Of a stretch of DNA of 64,000 bases, positions 49,058 to 62,630 are shown in pieces; position 1 is the first letter of the stretch, and every line of letters begins with the position of its first letter. The notes under the pieces were generated by a model, which saw nothing but the letters and a program-made list of their open reading frames with translations, was not told the origin of the DNA and ran no database searches. Source of the stretch: Takakia lepidozioides (lineage: Eukaryota > Plantae > Bryophyta); the NCBI GenBank assembly GCA_030704615.1, contig CM060732.1:58528001-58592000 (forward strand), given 5' to 3'. A program made the position numbers and the translations under genes.

Positions 49058-50016
49058 TGTCGCGCGGCTTTTACTCACCCATCCCTTCGCTATTCGAGGC
49101 GGAAACTCCAAGATAGAAGAGTTGGAAATCTCTAAGTACTCAGCCCGCGCAGAACAATCAGTCATGACCTACAGCTAGTGTATCATGGGGGTGTTTCCTA
49201 TTTGTTTCCCTTTTGCATTCATGTTAGCTACTTACCATTGATAATTAAGTATCAGTTTGCTTATCAATCTATTGGATTCCATCAACTCATCCATTCATTC
49301 CACAGCTTCACTCAGATCTCTCTACACAGTGTGATTGTATCGTAAAAGTATCCGATTATGATTTATCAGGTATCAGGCCGAAGCCATTGTGTCTCTAATC
49401 TGCTCTACAATATCATTAAGCCTTGCATATCAAGCATCTACTCATCCTCTCTATCTTCACTTCCGTTCTTCATCTCTGCCCGCTCCCCTCCTCCTCCATG
49501 ACCAAGAAGTCCTCCATGATTCCCCTCAATTCCCCGTTTCTCCCTTTATCTTCCTATCCGGTTCTAACCGTTTTCCCTCACTAACCGTCGTCTGTGAACT
49601 AACATGTTCCCTTCGCAGGTGTTGTTCCCCACAGTCGTTCCCTGTCCTACTCTTCGTTCCCTATGATCGTGACAGCTGTGTCAAGCTGTGACTGGCTGTG
49701 TGAAACTGTGACGGGCTGTGACTGGCTGTGCGACTGTGTTTGGCTGTGTCGGGCTGTGACTGGCTGTGTGGCTGTGTGGGCTGTGTCGGCTGTGACGGCT
49801 GTGTCGGGCTGTGTTGGCTGTGTCTGTGTCTGCTGTGACGACTGTGACGGGCTGTGTTGGCTGTGTCGGCTGTGACGACTGTGACGGGCTGTGTAACCCC
49901 CCTCTACAGTGCGCTGCTGTCACCCCTAAGGCTCCTGTTGGTCTCAGTCTGTGCAAAAATTAAGGGTACCCTACAGATCCCGTATAAGTGTCTAAGTCCC
50001 CGACAGTCCTCTAACA
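49058..50016 (-). repeat. 3' LTR of element B (PPT at 50017-50032)
   Basis: TGTCGCGCGG..CTCTAACA on plus; adjacent TTACCCCTTCCCCCCT is a minus-strand PPT; internal GGCTGTGT simple repeats. Confidence 0.9.
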
Positions 50017-50067
50017 TTACCCCTTCCCCCCTCAAAAAGCCGTGTCCTCACGGTTTACTGATTTCGA

Positions 50068-53000
50068 CTAGCAAACCTTTGTGAGTGAGCACCTTTTGAC
50101 GTTGAGAGTTTCGTGGCGGACTGTGTGTACGAGCCCGAGGTCTGTCTCTGGTTGACGGAGATGGTTGATCACTACCTGGATAAGTGAGGCCCTCTGGAGG
50201 CTGATATCGAGGTAACCTTTCCGGCATAGGAGACCCCCGTTTCTTCTCTGCCATCTGAATTGCATAGTCTTCTCCCATGTCAAAAGAATTCGGTGAAGAA
50301 ACAGTTGTATCAGAATCCTCATCGCCTCTCTCAGGTGTTTTAATTTTCGAACTTTTTGTGGAATCATCTGGGGCATACAATGCTGTCCTACCATGTCTGG
50401 AAGTTTGTATTTTACAACTTGGTGTAACCGCTGAACAGCAAAATTGGTGTAGACACTGAGCTCCTTGTCTGTCCAGGTGAGTGGGGTACCAATTACTGGT
50501 GCAGCGTGCAAGTATTTCCATGCCACATGTCCCTTATAGAAAATGTCATCAATGCCGAATTTCTGTGTTGACAAATTGTTCCAGGCCGCTTGAAACCATG
50601 AACGAATTTGAGAATCCTTTTGCATCATAACTTTTGGGTCATATAGGTACATATGAGGTGGCACCGAAGGTAATACCCAATGATCTCCACTGGAATAACT
50701 CAGAAAGCGTGTTTGCATCTTTTGTTGCTCAATGTGGTAACGTACCAGAAAACAAGCAGCGTAGTATAACCCGCACCCATGACAATACTTGCTACCTCCT
50801 TGGTCTTGGTATAAATGAGTCCATGTACAACCTGGAAAGCAATCAATTCCCTCAACATGGTACCTGCCTCGTGCCAGTATTGTGCAAAGTGATGATCTTC
50901 AATATGTCGATTGTTCGGAAGAACTTTAGTCCTAGTTGCCACTGGCAGCCAAATACGCATGATTTGGTAGTAATGTGCGAATGACTGCGGAGGACTAAAT
51001 TCTTTCCAAGCCAAATCCAACATGATGGGAATTTGGTTGAAGGGCATAATCATAGCCCTACTGTACTCCCTTGCAGCTGGAGTTTTAGGTGGGTTAAAAG
51101 CGCATTGCCCCACCTCAGGCTGTGGTGGCTGTGGTGTGGTTGTAGTAACCACAGGTTCAGCTACTGGTACAGTGACTTGTTGTGGTGGTGGTGGTACTGG
51201 CTCTTGTATCATTGGCATCTCCTGCACCTCCTGTGAAGACTGAAAAGCCAAAAGTTCTGGCTAAATAAGAAGCCATTAGCTGTTCTTGAGGAGACTCTTT
51301 TGTCGATGTTTGAAGTGAGGTCTTCCACTTGAGTCTGCAGTCCGTCTACATCCTCTTGTAACTCTGCTATCTACTATAGACATTGTCTATAGTAGTTGTG
51401 GCAATGTTCTGCACTGCAGCCTGAGCTCATTCATCTCGCTTTGGGTGAGCTTCGTGGTGCTTTGCCCTCTACTGGCCCTTGTGCTAACCAGACCTGCATA
51501 AGGCTGTTATCCACCAAGTTGCTTGTGGTTCCCCTGAGAGTTTGCTCTCTCTTAGCTTGTACAATTCCAACTGCTGTTGTAAAGCCTCCATGCGCTTCGC
51601 CTGAGGTTCAACCAATTGCGCATAAGCAGCAAGTAGATTATTGGCTTCCTTCCAAGCCTTGTTATTGACCGCGATTTCATTTCTATTGGCCATGATGGTT
51701 TGTTGCAACTCCACGATGTGCTTCTCTTGATCAGCTTCAACTGCCTGTATTGCTTGAAAGTATCTTCATTGCGACAGATTGTATTCTTCATATCGACAAT
51801 GAGCTTCATTTGCTCAACATTCTCTCTTCTGCCTTCGTACATTTTTCCGCTTGACTGTTTATTTCTTTTGTAGATTGGTCAAGCATAGTTGTGAATGTAG
51901 CACATTGTATCGCCATCCTGTCATGCACTGTCTGCAACTCCGTATGTAGTGCATTCACTTCTTGCAACTTGCTTTCATGCTGCACCTGCATTTGGTATAG
52001 CTGTGCTTATGTGCTTCGTGCAACTGGTCTTGCGCGAGGCCTGCCTCAATCAATTGTTCCTTGGCCAATTGCAAAGCCATTCTGTATTTCCCAAGTCCTG
52101 CTCATCTTGAGAGTGACCTCTTCATCGACCTTGTTTGCACACTCAGTGGCTAGTCGAGCCTCAAACTCCTTCCTGAGTTCCTCTCTCAAGGCTGTCAATT
52201 GGGTAATTGGAACATGGGATTTGACATAAGTCCCCAACAAATTAAGTGTCCTGCCTATGGAACTCATCAGCATTGCCTGTTGAGGGTCATCATGGTGAGG
52301 TTGCTGCTGTTCCTCCTGATCTCAACAGTGTGATGTCTCACGAACCATTCAGGCCATTGTCCCACCGGATTTTCTTCCTGAACTACTTCATCTATCACCG
52401 GTGCTACAGTGTCATGACCTTCCCTGTGGTACCTCCGACACAGGTGTGTGTATTATATGCACCTCAGGATTTCCCTTGGGCAACTGTTGCACCTCTGGAT
52501 CTCTGTCTCCTTGACCAGACCAGAATATTCATAGAGAAGGTCCCCCTTCTCATTTCTGCCACTATCTGTTCTGTAGTTGGAATATCTAACCCTTCTTTTC
52601 CAAATCAATTATTTCTGGTTGAGCTGCATGGATAACTTGTGACCTTGTGACAAGTCGATCAGCTGGCTGTGATGGTTGTGATACAGAAGTAACTTCCTCC
52701 TCCCTCTCTGAAGGTCCTGCTTCCAGTAATAGCATTTCTCTGTGCTGCTGTGCCCTTCCTGGCATGAGCTTGGGAAACATTATCATGCGGAATCCGTGAA
52801 GCCAGTGGATCCGCCACTACAGTCTTTCCCCGTCTCTGCCTCTTAGTCTCGGTTGCCCTGCTAGTCCACCCTCACTGTGTGAAGAGCCTTGCTCTTCCAT
52901 TGCAGTGTTTCTGGCTCAAACACTCCCATTTCCTTTCTTTCTTGCGCATCAAGTATGCCAGAATCAAGGATTATTTGAGCAATGATTGGGCCAGACACTA

Positions 53001-53857
53001 TGATAGGAGACTTTGCGGTAGTACCTTGTAATCTTTTCATCTCCTCTACCAGTGCGTTGTACATTATGTCCGCCCATTGTACCTCTTGTCCTTCAGGCTT
53101 TGAGTATTTCCTCCGTGAAGGATCTGCTCAAATACTGTTGGTTCTGTTTCATGGCAATCAGAACGTTCAATACCTGGCCTACCTCTTTTAGCCCTGGGTA
53201 CACAGCTTGGTACAAGCATAACCCTGAGTTTTAAAGAAACTCCCTTCTTGGAATAAGTCCCCTATTTGCAGTCTTGCCCTGTGTTCCTCCACATGCACCT
53301 GACCTGCTGGCAATCGAAACAATTGCTGAGGTATAGGGGAGTAATCATTAATTCAACTCCCTTCACCGTTGTTGTTCCTGTCCTTGGCTCAAAGTTCTGC
53401 AAAAATTGTAACATGTACTGTCTATGGTGTAATGTCCAATCTAGGCTTTGCAATCCTTGCAATCTCAGCTCCTCCAGTATCTGTATCGCCTGTGGGGTAG
53501 CAATCGTTTGTTTCTGCAGAATTGTGGTGCTCTCACCCTGATTTCCTCCATTCCTCTCACTCTCTTCATTTTAGACTCACAGAACTGTTTTGGCTGTAAC
53601 AACTGCAGGAATGCCTGTAGTGCACAAAGCGTATGGTTGCCGCAGAAAGCTATGGGTAATTTCTTGTAAGCCTGCGGGGCTTGCAAGCATCGCTCAAGAG
53701 AAAAGCTCCGCTCTGTCCTTTCGTGTCTATGCCACTGCGTAAGTAATATTGCGAGCGTATAGTCTGTTAGTTCCTCCATAGTTTCCAAGCTATAGCATTG
53801 ATGGTCTGTCCCGTCGAGACGCCCGTTACTCAGAACGACGCCGCCTCTTGCGCTCAA
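50068..53857 (-). pseudogene. Extra sense ORF(s) downstream of integrase in element B, with long coiled coil; frameshifted
   Basis: Chain of minus-strand ORF pieces with coding-like composition between INT and the PPT; function unknown. Confidence 0.5.
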
Positions 53858-54589
53858 TTTCCCTCCATTTCTTGATCCTTTCTCTGGTTTTCTATTGGCT
53901 GTATCCGCTGTGACTGGATTTTAGATTTTATTTCTTTAGTGGACTTTCCTGTTGGATAGTCCACTAGGATCACACATGTGACAAGAATTCGCTTTTCTGT
54001 ACTTGCCGTTCGTTCGTTTCCCTTTTTCCGTATTCATTAATGGGCCCGCCTTTCATCCTTTTGACGGCCGTTCTTGTCCTCTTTCTTTTGACACCTGTTC
54101 TTGCACTTCCTTCTCGCTGTGTGTCGCGCCCTGACCTCCACGTGTCTATTTTTAAAGTAATTTCCGTTTTCTCTTCCGTCAGCCATTTTCCTGAAGTTAT
54201 TATGCGTCCACTTGTCACTGATTCTATGGATCGTGTAACTTTAGTAGGCTGTGTTGAGCTGTGACAGGCTGTGTCATACTGTGTTACGCTGTGATAGGCT
54301 GTGATGCACTGTGGTAAGCTGTGATAGGCTGTGACACGCGTGGTAGGTTGTGATAGGCTGTGTTATAGGCTGTGTGTGATGGGCTGTGATAGGCTGTGAT
54401 GGCTGTGATAGGCTGTGTCCTGTGAATCCTGTGATAGGCTGTGAATACTGCCGTTTGTTTTGCCCGCCTGGTCATATATGCTGGGCCTAGCGACAAGTGC
54501 TCCATACTCCGTTCGTAACACTGGTGCAGCCCGTGACTGCTCTTGCGGTTCAACATGCAAATCATGCTGCAAGGGTTTGTCATGGATAC

Positions 54590-57500
54590 CACTGTACCCT
54601 TCAACTTATTGGCATTGACTCTTCCCAGCATTTCTTTGTTAATGGTTTGTAACATGGCGGTGTTGTTATCATACATCTTTTGTATGACATAAGGTCCTTT
54701 CCATGGTGATTTAAGCTTAGAAGCTTGAATCTTTCCTTTCTTCTGCAACCATAGAACCAAATCCCCCGTCTTAAAAGTCTTTAACTTGCCTTCATCAAAC
54801 TGTTCCTTTCGCTTCATCTGAATTCTGGTCATATTATCAGCTGCATCAGCACGTACTTCTTCCACATGGTATAATTCATGTTTCCTGACCTTGATGGAGT
54901 CTTGCAATTCCATTCTCTTTCCCCACTCCGTTCTCATGGTAGGTAACAGGAATTCCACTGGAAGTAAGGCTTCCATACCATAAACTAATTGGAATGGTGT
55001 ATACTTAGTGGTGACTTTATATGAAGTCCTGTATGACCACAAAGCTGTCAGCAGCTTTGTATCCCAATCCGTTCTGTTTGCATTGACTATCTTAGCCAAG
55101 ATAGTACATAGTATTTTGTTGGTAGCCTCTGCCTGCCCATTACCCTGTGGGTAATATGTTGTACTCTTCTATGCACAATCATAAACTCTTTAGTCAACAA
55201 CTCAATGGTCTCATTCATGAAGTGACTTCCTGATCACTGATAAATTCTAAGGGACAGCCAAATCGTGTAAGTATGTTCTCGTACAGGAACCTTGCTGGAC
55301 TTGGCTGTGTGTCCCTCAAAGCTTTAGCTTCCACCCACTTTGTAGTATAATCAGTGGCTGTAATTATGTACCTGTTTCGTGTATTCTTGGATGGTGGGTT
55401 AATTGGTCCAACAAAGTCTAGTCCCCATTTCTGAAATGGTTCCGTAGGCATTGTAGGATGCAAGGCCATCCTTCCAGATCTCTGCAAAGGTCCTAGCCTC
55501 TGACATTCATCACACTTCTGACAATACTCGTGTACATCTTTGAACAAAGTAGGCCACCAGTATCCTGCGAGTAGTATCTTTTACTGGTAGTCTCTTCTCC
55601 AAAATGACCTCCAGCCACTCCTTTATGAACTTCCGCCAAAACTTTATTTACTTCATGGTGGTACAAGCATCGTTTTAGTACTCCATCAGGTCCTAACTTA
55701 TACATTCTGCTTCCTACCATAGTATAAGGTAAAGCTTTGATAGCGATTCTCTTCCTCTGCTCCTTACCATAACTAGGTGGGCACTGACCATGAGCAAGGT
55801 AGTATCTGATTGGCCACTGCCAATCTAACCAGTCATCTGCACTTCCCTGCACCTCCACTGCAAATAGACTCGCATCTGGTAATTGATCATCTATCCTGTG
55901 GCTGGTTCTCCTGTTGACGTGACAAATGATCCGCCACAAGATGCAGTCTCCAGGAGGCTTGTAAACAACCTCGAACTCAAACTCGTGCAAGATTATCAAC
56001 CATCTTGCTATTCTTTCCGCTTATCAGAGGTTTGTTTACCAGGTATATCAGAGCCTGGTGATCCACATAGAACATAAACTTCTTGCCCAACAGGTAATGC
56101 CTGAATTTCTTCACTGCATAGATCATTGCAATGCTTCTCTTTCCGTTGTGCTATAGTTCCTTTCAGCACTGTTCATCAACCGGCTAGCATAGTACACAGG
56201 TGAATCTATATTCCTGTAACATTCTGGGCTAACACCGCTCCCAACGCTTCTCCTGATGCATCGCAGTGAACATGGAATACTACATGCCAGTGAGGGTTAA
56301 TCAGCACAGGTGTAGTTGTTACTGACAGTGTAAGTTCCTCAAATGCCTGTTGACATTCAGCTGTCCAGGCAAACACTGCATCTTTCTTCAGAGTTTGCTC
56401 AATGGTGCTGCTATTTGTGCATACCTTTTGACAAATCTCCTGTAATAACTGGTTTGCCCAAGGAATCTCCTTAGACTTTTAACATTCACTGGTGGTGGAG
56501 AGGCTTTAATGGACTCTGTCTTTCCTGGGATCCACAAGAGTCCCTTCTTACACACAATGTGTCCCAGAAGCACCCCTGAGTTCACACAGAAAGTACACTT
56601 CTCTGGATTCAGGCCCAGACCTCTCATCCTGCATCTGGCCAAACATAACTCCAATTTATGCAAGTGCTCATTCTTAGAGCTGTACACACTGAAATCATCC
56701 AAGAACACCTGCATGAAATCATCCAGATACTCATGAAAAGATTCACTTATCACTCTCTGAAAGGTCGCTGGTGCATTACAAAGTCCAAAGGGCATGACTT
56801 TGTATGCATAAGCCCCCCAGTCTGTGATGAAAGCTGTTTTCCTTGGTCTTCTTCTGCCACTTGCACTTGATTATAACCACTGAAGCCATCCATGAATGAG
56901 TACATCTCATGGCCTGCCACAGTGTCTAATACTGCTTCTGTGAATGGCAAAGGGAAAGGATCTTTCTTCGTACAAGCATTCAGCTTCTTATAGTTCACAC
57001 ATACTCTTAGTTTGCCATTCTTCTTGGGAACTATAACAATGGGTGACAACCAAGTTGTATACTCTATTGGGTATATAAACTTAGCCTCAGCCAACTTCTT
57101 CTCTCTTCTCCAACCTTCTGTGCGTAGTTGGGATTCATTCTATACCTCGCCTGCTTGATTGGTACTGACCCTGGTTCCAGTTCAATCTTATGCTGACAGA
57201 CTTCAGGTGGTATCCCTTTTAGATCCTCATAGCTCCAAGCAAATACATCTCTGTATTTGATGAACAAGCTTTTAGCTTCTTCGAAGAATTCCGGCTCCAA
57301 ATCAGCTCCTACTTTCACCATCCTCGGTTCTCTTTAGTTCCCACATTTACTTCCCTCACCTGCTCATCAGCTGTGATTGTCCAACCAGTCACCACTTCAT
57401 CCTGTAAGCTCACAGTGGCTGGTTCTTCTAGGATTTCTATTTCTCCTTCTCTTTCTTCATAGAAATGTGATGGGTAAATGCTGGTTTCCTCTTCAGTTGG

Positions 57501-59700
57501 TGTTGCTGTCACTACACCACAGCAGATACCTCTCAAACAACTTAGGCTTTCCAGCCGCATCTCTGCAACCTGCTCCCACTCTGGGTGTGCAGCAAATAGG
57601 GTAGCTTCCTGCTCCTCATCCAGTCCTCCTTTCCAGTCATACTCTCTGACTCCTCGAGGTCTTCTTGTAGCAGGTAATCTACTAGATTTCTTTGTGGTAA
57701 TTTGTATCTCGTGTATCCATTATGCACGGTTAGTAACTGAGAATTCCAGTCATGGAATACCCTGGCCTGTTTCAGCCACGGACGTCCCAATAATAAGGAG
57801 TAAGCCTCCATGACTTCATCCATTTTTAATACAGTTACTGTGATCATAAAGATCATTTTCTGTATCTGTATCTTAACTCCTCTTATTAATCCCAATGGCT
57901 GTACACTTCTTTGATCTGCCATTGTTACTGTAAATGGGGCTGGTTTCATGTTACTTAGACCAAGCTTCTTCCTTAATTGGTCTGTCATGATATTTACTCC
58001 AGAACCACCATCTATCAGTACATCAGTTAGTTCTGTGCTTCCAATTCTCAATTGGATTACTGGCATAGAATCATCAAAGTCCATGACTGTTTCTCGCCCT
58101 TCCGGCTTCACATTATAACTGGTCACCTTGCTGTTCAGGTCTGTGTTTCCTGTCTCTTGGGCAATTCGATTGATTGCTTGATACAGCCTGTGCCTACAAT
58201 AAGGTGCCACAGCAATAGCTGTCCAATGGTAATTTCTGCTTTGGTCTGGCATATTACTTCAGCCAAAGTCTCTTCATTACTTTGCATGTCTGCATCTTCT
58301 TTTTCCTTTCTTCCTCACTCCTTCTTTTTCTCCATCCGAATCAGAGGAATCTGCCACAGGAATATCAGTACTCTTTTGCATTTCCCTTATAGTATCTGCC
58401 ACTTCCTTGTGCAGTTCCTTCTCATCTTTCCAAGTCTCTTCATCTTCAGGCATATCATTGCCACTTCCATTCTCATCTTCTTCCTCTTCTACTGGAGGTA
58501 TTAGTTTGGCTTTACTTCTTGTTACTATCATTGTACTTACTTCTGGTACAACACATGGCCTAACCATGTGAGCTGCCACCACTGGGCCCTCATTCACAGA
58601 GCTCTCATCTCATTCTGGTGTCTTATCCAGAATGAACAGGCTGCCTTGCGATGTCCTGGCTGATTACAATAGTAACATAGTCTTCACCATTGGGTCCTCG
58701 CCCTTGGTCTGTTCTTGGATTATTTCTATAATCCTGATTCCCGGGCTGGTAATTCCCCCTTGGATTACCCTGATAGTTGCCTCTGGAATTTCCTTGGTAA
58801 TTCCCTCTTGAATTACCTCTCCCTTCCATGCCATTGTTATAACCACCAGACCTACCATAGTGGTCCTGATCATTGTTTCTTCTTGGCTGGGGCTGCACCT
58901 GATGCACCCTTACTTGCCTAGGTTCTCTTGCAGCTGTCCTTCTGTTGTAGTAACAATTCTCAGTAGAATGGTTATCCATTTTACAGATAGTACAGTGTTT
59001 CTCCTTCATGTGGCATTCTGTGGTGGTATGGCCTTCATTCTGGCACTTTGCACACCATACACCCTTCCTCCAATGTGTTGCAGCCTCTGTGGCATACTTC
59101 TTCAAGATTTCTTCCAATTTTTTTTCATAGTTATCCCTCTTCAACTTCTCCTTTCTCTTACTCTTTCTTTTTAGTTCTTGCTCTTCTTCTTCATCTGACT
59201 CATCCTCAGAGTCCTCATCTTCTTTTTTCTCTCTCCTGAGCATTCCCAATTGCTCAATTCTGTTTGCAGTTTCAAATGCCTCCTCCACTGTATTATGGGG
59301 TAACATATCCACTTTCTTTTGCAACTCTGGTCTTAGTCCACTCACAAACCAAGTCTTCTGTAAACCGCTGGTACTGCAGCCAGCTTTTTCATCATCAATT
59401 CCATCTTCTCCATATACTCTTCAACAGTTTCATGCTTCTTCTGCTTCAGCTGTTGTAAACTTCCATACACTTCATCCTCAGTTTTACTTGTCCTGAACCT
59501 ATTTCGAAATGCTGTATTCAAGCCATTCCAGGTTAGGAAATGATTATCAGGGAATCTTGCATACCATTCACTTGCTTTCTTGATAAGTGAACAAGGAAAC
59601 AGTCTCATCTTGGCATCATCGCCATTCTCATTGTTCACTATACACATGTGCTCAAATTGGCTAATGTGTACATCGGGATCCCCTTTCCTGAATATATTGG
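54590..59700 (-). pseudogene. pol: gag-pol of element B (multiple frameshifts)
   Basis: CCHC knuckles CAKCQNEGHTTTEC and CTICKMDNHSTENC; PR VLIDGGSGVNIM; RT LPFTEAVLDTVAGHEMYSFMDGFSGYNQ and VFLDD; INT HKGVAGGHF, WGLDFVGP, WKGPY. Confidence 0.92.
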
Positions 59701-61173
59701 AAAGGGTGGTTTTGCCGTGTTGGTTGTAACGCCATCTGTGGCCCTACCTTCTGCCCACTGACAGGTGCTGGCACCCTTGCTGGTGCTGGTCCTTCTGGAC
59801 CTGTTGTTTTTGTGGTGGATCTTCCACCAAGTGGTGGCCCTTGAGCACTCCCTGCTTCTGGCCCCACGATATTCACAGTATTCCCAGCTTCAGTTGCACT
59901 ACTTCCCACACTCCCTGTCCCCCAGAGCCAGATCCAGGCAGCCCGCCTGATCCCCCTGAGCCGACACCTTCGTTGGCCTGTGATCCAAGTGCTCCACTTG
60001 ATCCAGGTCCAACGGGTTGGGATGTCCTGGTTGTAGTCTCAACCTCAGCTGTTTGGGTCTACTTCTTCATATTCTTCCTCTTCCAATTTCTTCTCTCTGT
60101 TTTCATCCTCCAAGTTCTGCCCTTGGGTTTCTTCTTCACTCATGTAACTCAACTGTAATGGTGTTGGAGAGTCTGAACTCTCCGTTGGCTCTGCCACATC
60201 CTCTTCTCCTTCTTCACCTTCTGCTTCAGAAACTGGAGTTCCTGCTTTTGGTGTTCCATGCCAACTCTTATCAAAGATTTCTGTCAAATCTTTTATCCAG
60301 GATGTACCTCAGATCTTTCACCTCGTGATTGATCTTCTTCCTGTACCAATTCCCTTAATCTTTCTTGCAAAGAAACAGAAGGAGTGGCATCCAACTCTAG
60401 TTCTTCCGGTATAGGTGATGTACTCTTTGATCTTAATGGTGTGAGAGGTCCAGATGATTCCCCTATGTCTATTCCTCTCTCCAAAGATATGGATAATTAG
60501 CTTTCAGATAGCTTTCTCTTTTTGCTGAATATCTCTGTCGTCTAGCTTCTCTTTCATCACTCATGTCCCATGTCTTTCATTTCTTTTAATGTGGCAATAA
60601 CCAAAACTCTCTTCTGTAATATCTCTCGTATATGCCTGGGTTTCTTTCAAGCTTCAATGCACCCTTGGCTATACTTGAAGTCTCCGTTACCATATAACCA
60701 TATGGCAAACAAGTCTGAAAAGCTGTTCTTGGTGTGAGTTTGATCCACAAAATATCCTTTGGAATCCAATTCTTTACCAGTACAAGCTCTTCATGCATAT
60801 GAGTATAAACATTCACCTTTCTTTCTTCCCAGCCTTCAAACTCTACTCTCGCTTAATGGATAGCAATGCTATCACATAAACCAATGTTGGTAACCAACGT
60901 GCTCTTCCTCTACAGGCTACCTGATAAATCTTTATCACTCCTTTCTCCAGACCCCATTCCGGATCAGCATCATGCACTCGCTTAAGAATATTTTCTTTAC
61001 AACCGTCTGGCAATTCCAAGAACCTTTGAAAGAATTGTTTGGACAATCTTTCTTCTTCGTTCCACAGGGAATTTGATTCACTTCAAATTCTTTAATGGTC
61101 CAACCACCATGATCCCACCAGATGCCTGTCACATCTGGTTGTTCATGACCAGTTCCCCAGTATGGTCGCCAAA

Positions 61174-62118
61174 TGTCGCGCGGCTTTTACTCACCCATCC
61201 CTTCGCTATTCCGAGGCGGAAACTCCAAGATAGAAGAGTTGGAAATCTCTAAGTACTCAGCCCGCGCAGAACAATCAGTCATGACCTACAGCTAGTGTAT
61301 CATGGGGGTGTTTCCTATTTGTTTCCCTTTTGGCATTCATGTTAGCTACTTACCATTGATAATTAAGTATCAGTTTGCTTTATCAATCTATTGGATTCCA
61401 TCAACTCATCCATTCATTCCACAGCTTCACTCAGATCTCTCTACACAGTGTGATTGTATCGTAAAAGTATCAGATTATGATTTATCAGGTATCAGGCCGA
61501 AGCCATTGTGTCTCTAATCTGCTCTACAATATCATTACAGCTTGCATATATCAAGCATCTACTCATCATCTCTCTATCTTCACTTCCGTTCTTCATCTCT
61601 GCCCGATCCCTCTCCTCCATGACCAAGAAGTCCTCCGAATCCCTCAATTCCCCGTTTCTCCTTTATCTTCCTATCCGTGGTTCTAACCCCTCACTAACCG
61701 TCGTCTGTGAACTAACATGTTCCCTTCGCAGGTGTTGTTCCCCACAGTCGTTCCCTGTCCTACTCTTGTTCCCTATGATCGTGACAGCTGTGTCGGCTGT
61801 GTCGGCTGTGACGACTGTGACGGGTTGTGTTGGCTGTGTCGGCTGTGTCGGCTGTGACGACTGTGACGGGTTGTGTTGGCTGTGTCGGCTGTGTCTGCTG
61901 TGACGACTGTGACGGGCTGTGTTGGCTGTGTCGGCTGTGTCTGCTGTGACGACTGTGACGGGCTGTGTCGGCTGTGACGACTGTGACGGGCTGTGTAACC
62001 CCCCTCTACAGTGCGCTGCTGTCACCCCTAAGGCTCCTGTTGGTCTCAGTCTGTGCAAAAATTAAAGGTACCCTACAGATCCCGTATAAGTGTCTAAGTC
62101 CCCGACAGTCCTCTAACA
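61174..62118 (-). repeat. 5' LTR of element B (PBS at ~61154-61171)
   Basis: Matches 49058-50016; minus-strand PBS TGGCGACCATACTGGGGA, resembling tRNA-Arg-type PBSs. Confidence 0.9.
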
Positions 62119-62630
62119 GGCGGTTCCAATCCCGGTATCACCTCAATCTTGTGGTCAACTCCTCTTCGCGGTGGCAAGCCGCTTGGTAAATCCTCCGGCA
62201 TCACATCCTGGTATTTCTCCAAAATCCCCTTGATCCAATCTGGGCTCGGCTCCCCATCGCCATCTCCCTTCACTTCTCTAATGTAGAGCAAAAACTGGGG
62301 CTCGTGTGCCTCTTCCACGGCCCACTCTCTTGCTGACAGAAGGTTTATTCGCCCTCCCACGGGTTTGGGCGTTTCCGACACTCGTAAGACCTCGCCACCA
62401 TTCCCACATGGCAGCGTGATTACTCTCTTGCGGCCATCTATGACCGCTCCGGATTTGCTCAAAAAGGTCATCCCCAAAATGAGATCCACTCCATCGATCT
62501 CGCAGATGGTGAAGTTCTCACGTCCCTCCCAACTCCCCAGTTGAAGAGGAACATCAAACGCCAACCTTGTCGCCAATTGCGGTTCTCCTTTGGCAGAACG
62601 CACCTCAATAGAGGCCCCCACGTCACTTGT
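62119..62630 (-). pseudogene. pol: Inverted protease C-terminus and PR-RT linker of element A
   Basis: DGVDLILGMTFL..ILEKYQDVMPEDLPSGLPPRRGVDHKIEVIPG. Confidence 0.85.

Larger units (their letters stand above)
49058..62118 (-). mobile_element. Full-length nested non-chromovirus gypsy element B (Phygy-like), 13.06 kb
   Basis: Two LTRs, TSD GGCAG/GGCGG, PBS, PPT, gag-PR-RT-RH-INT order; splits element A at EPP|AKAPY. Confidence 0.92.
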
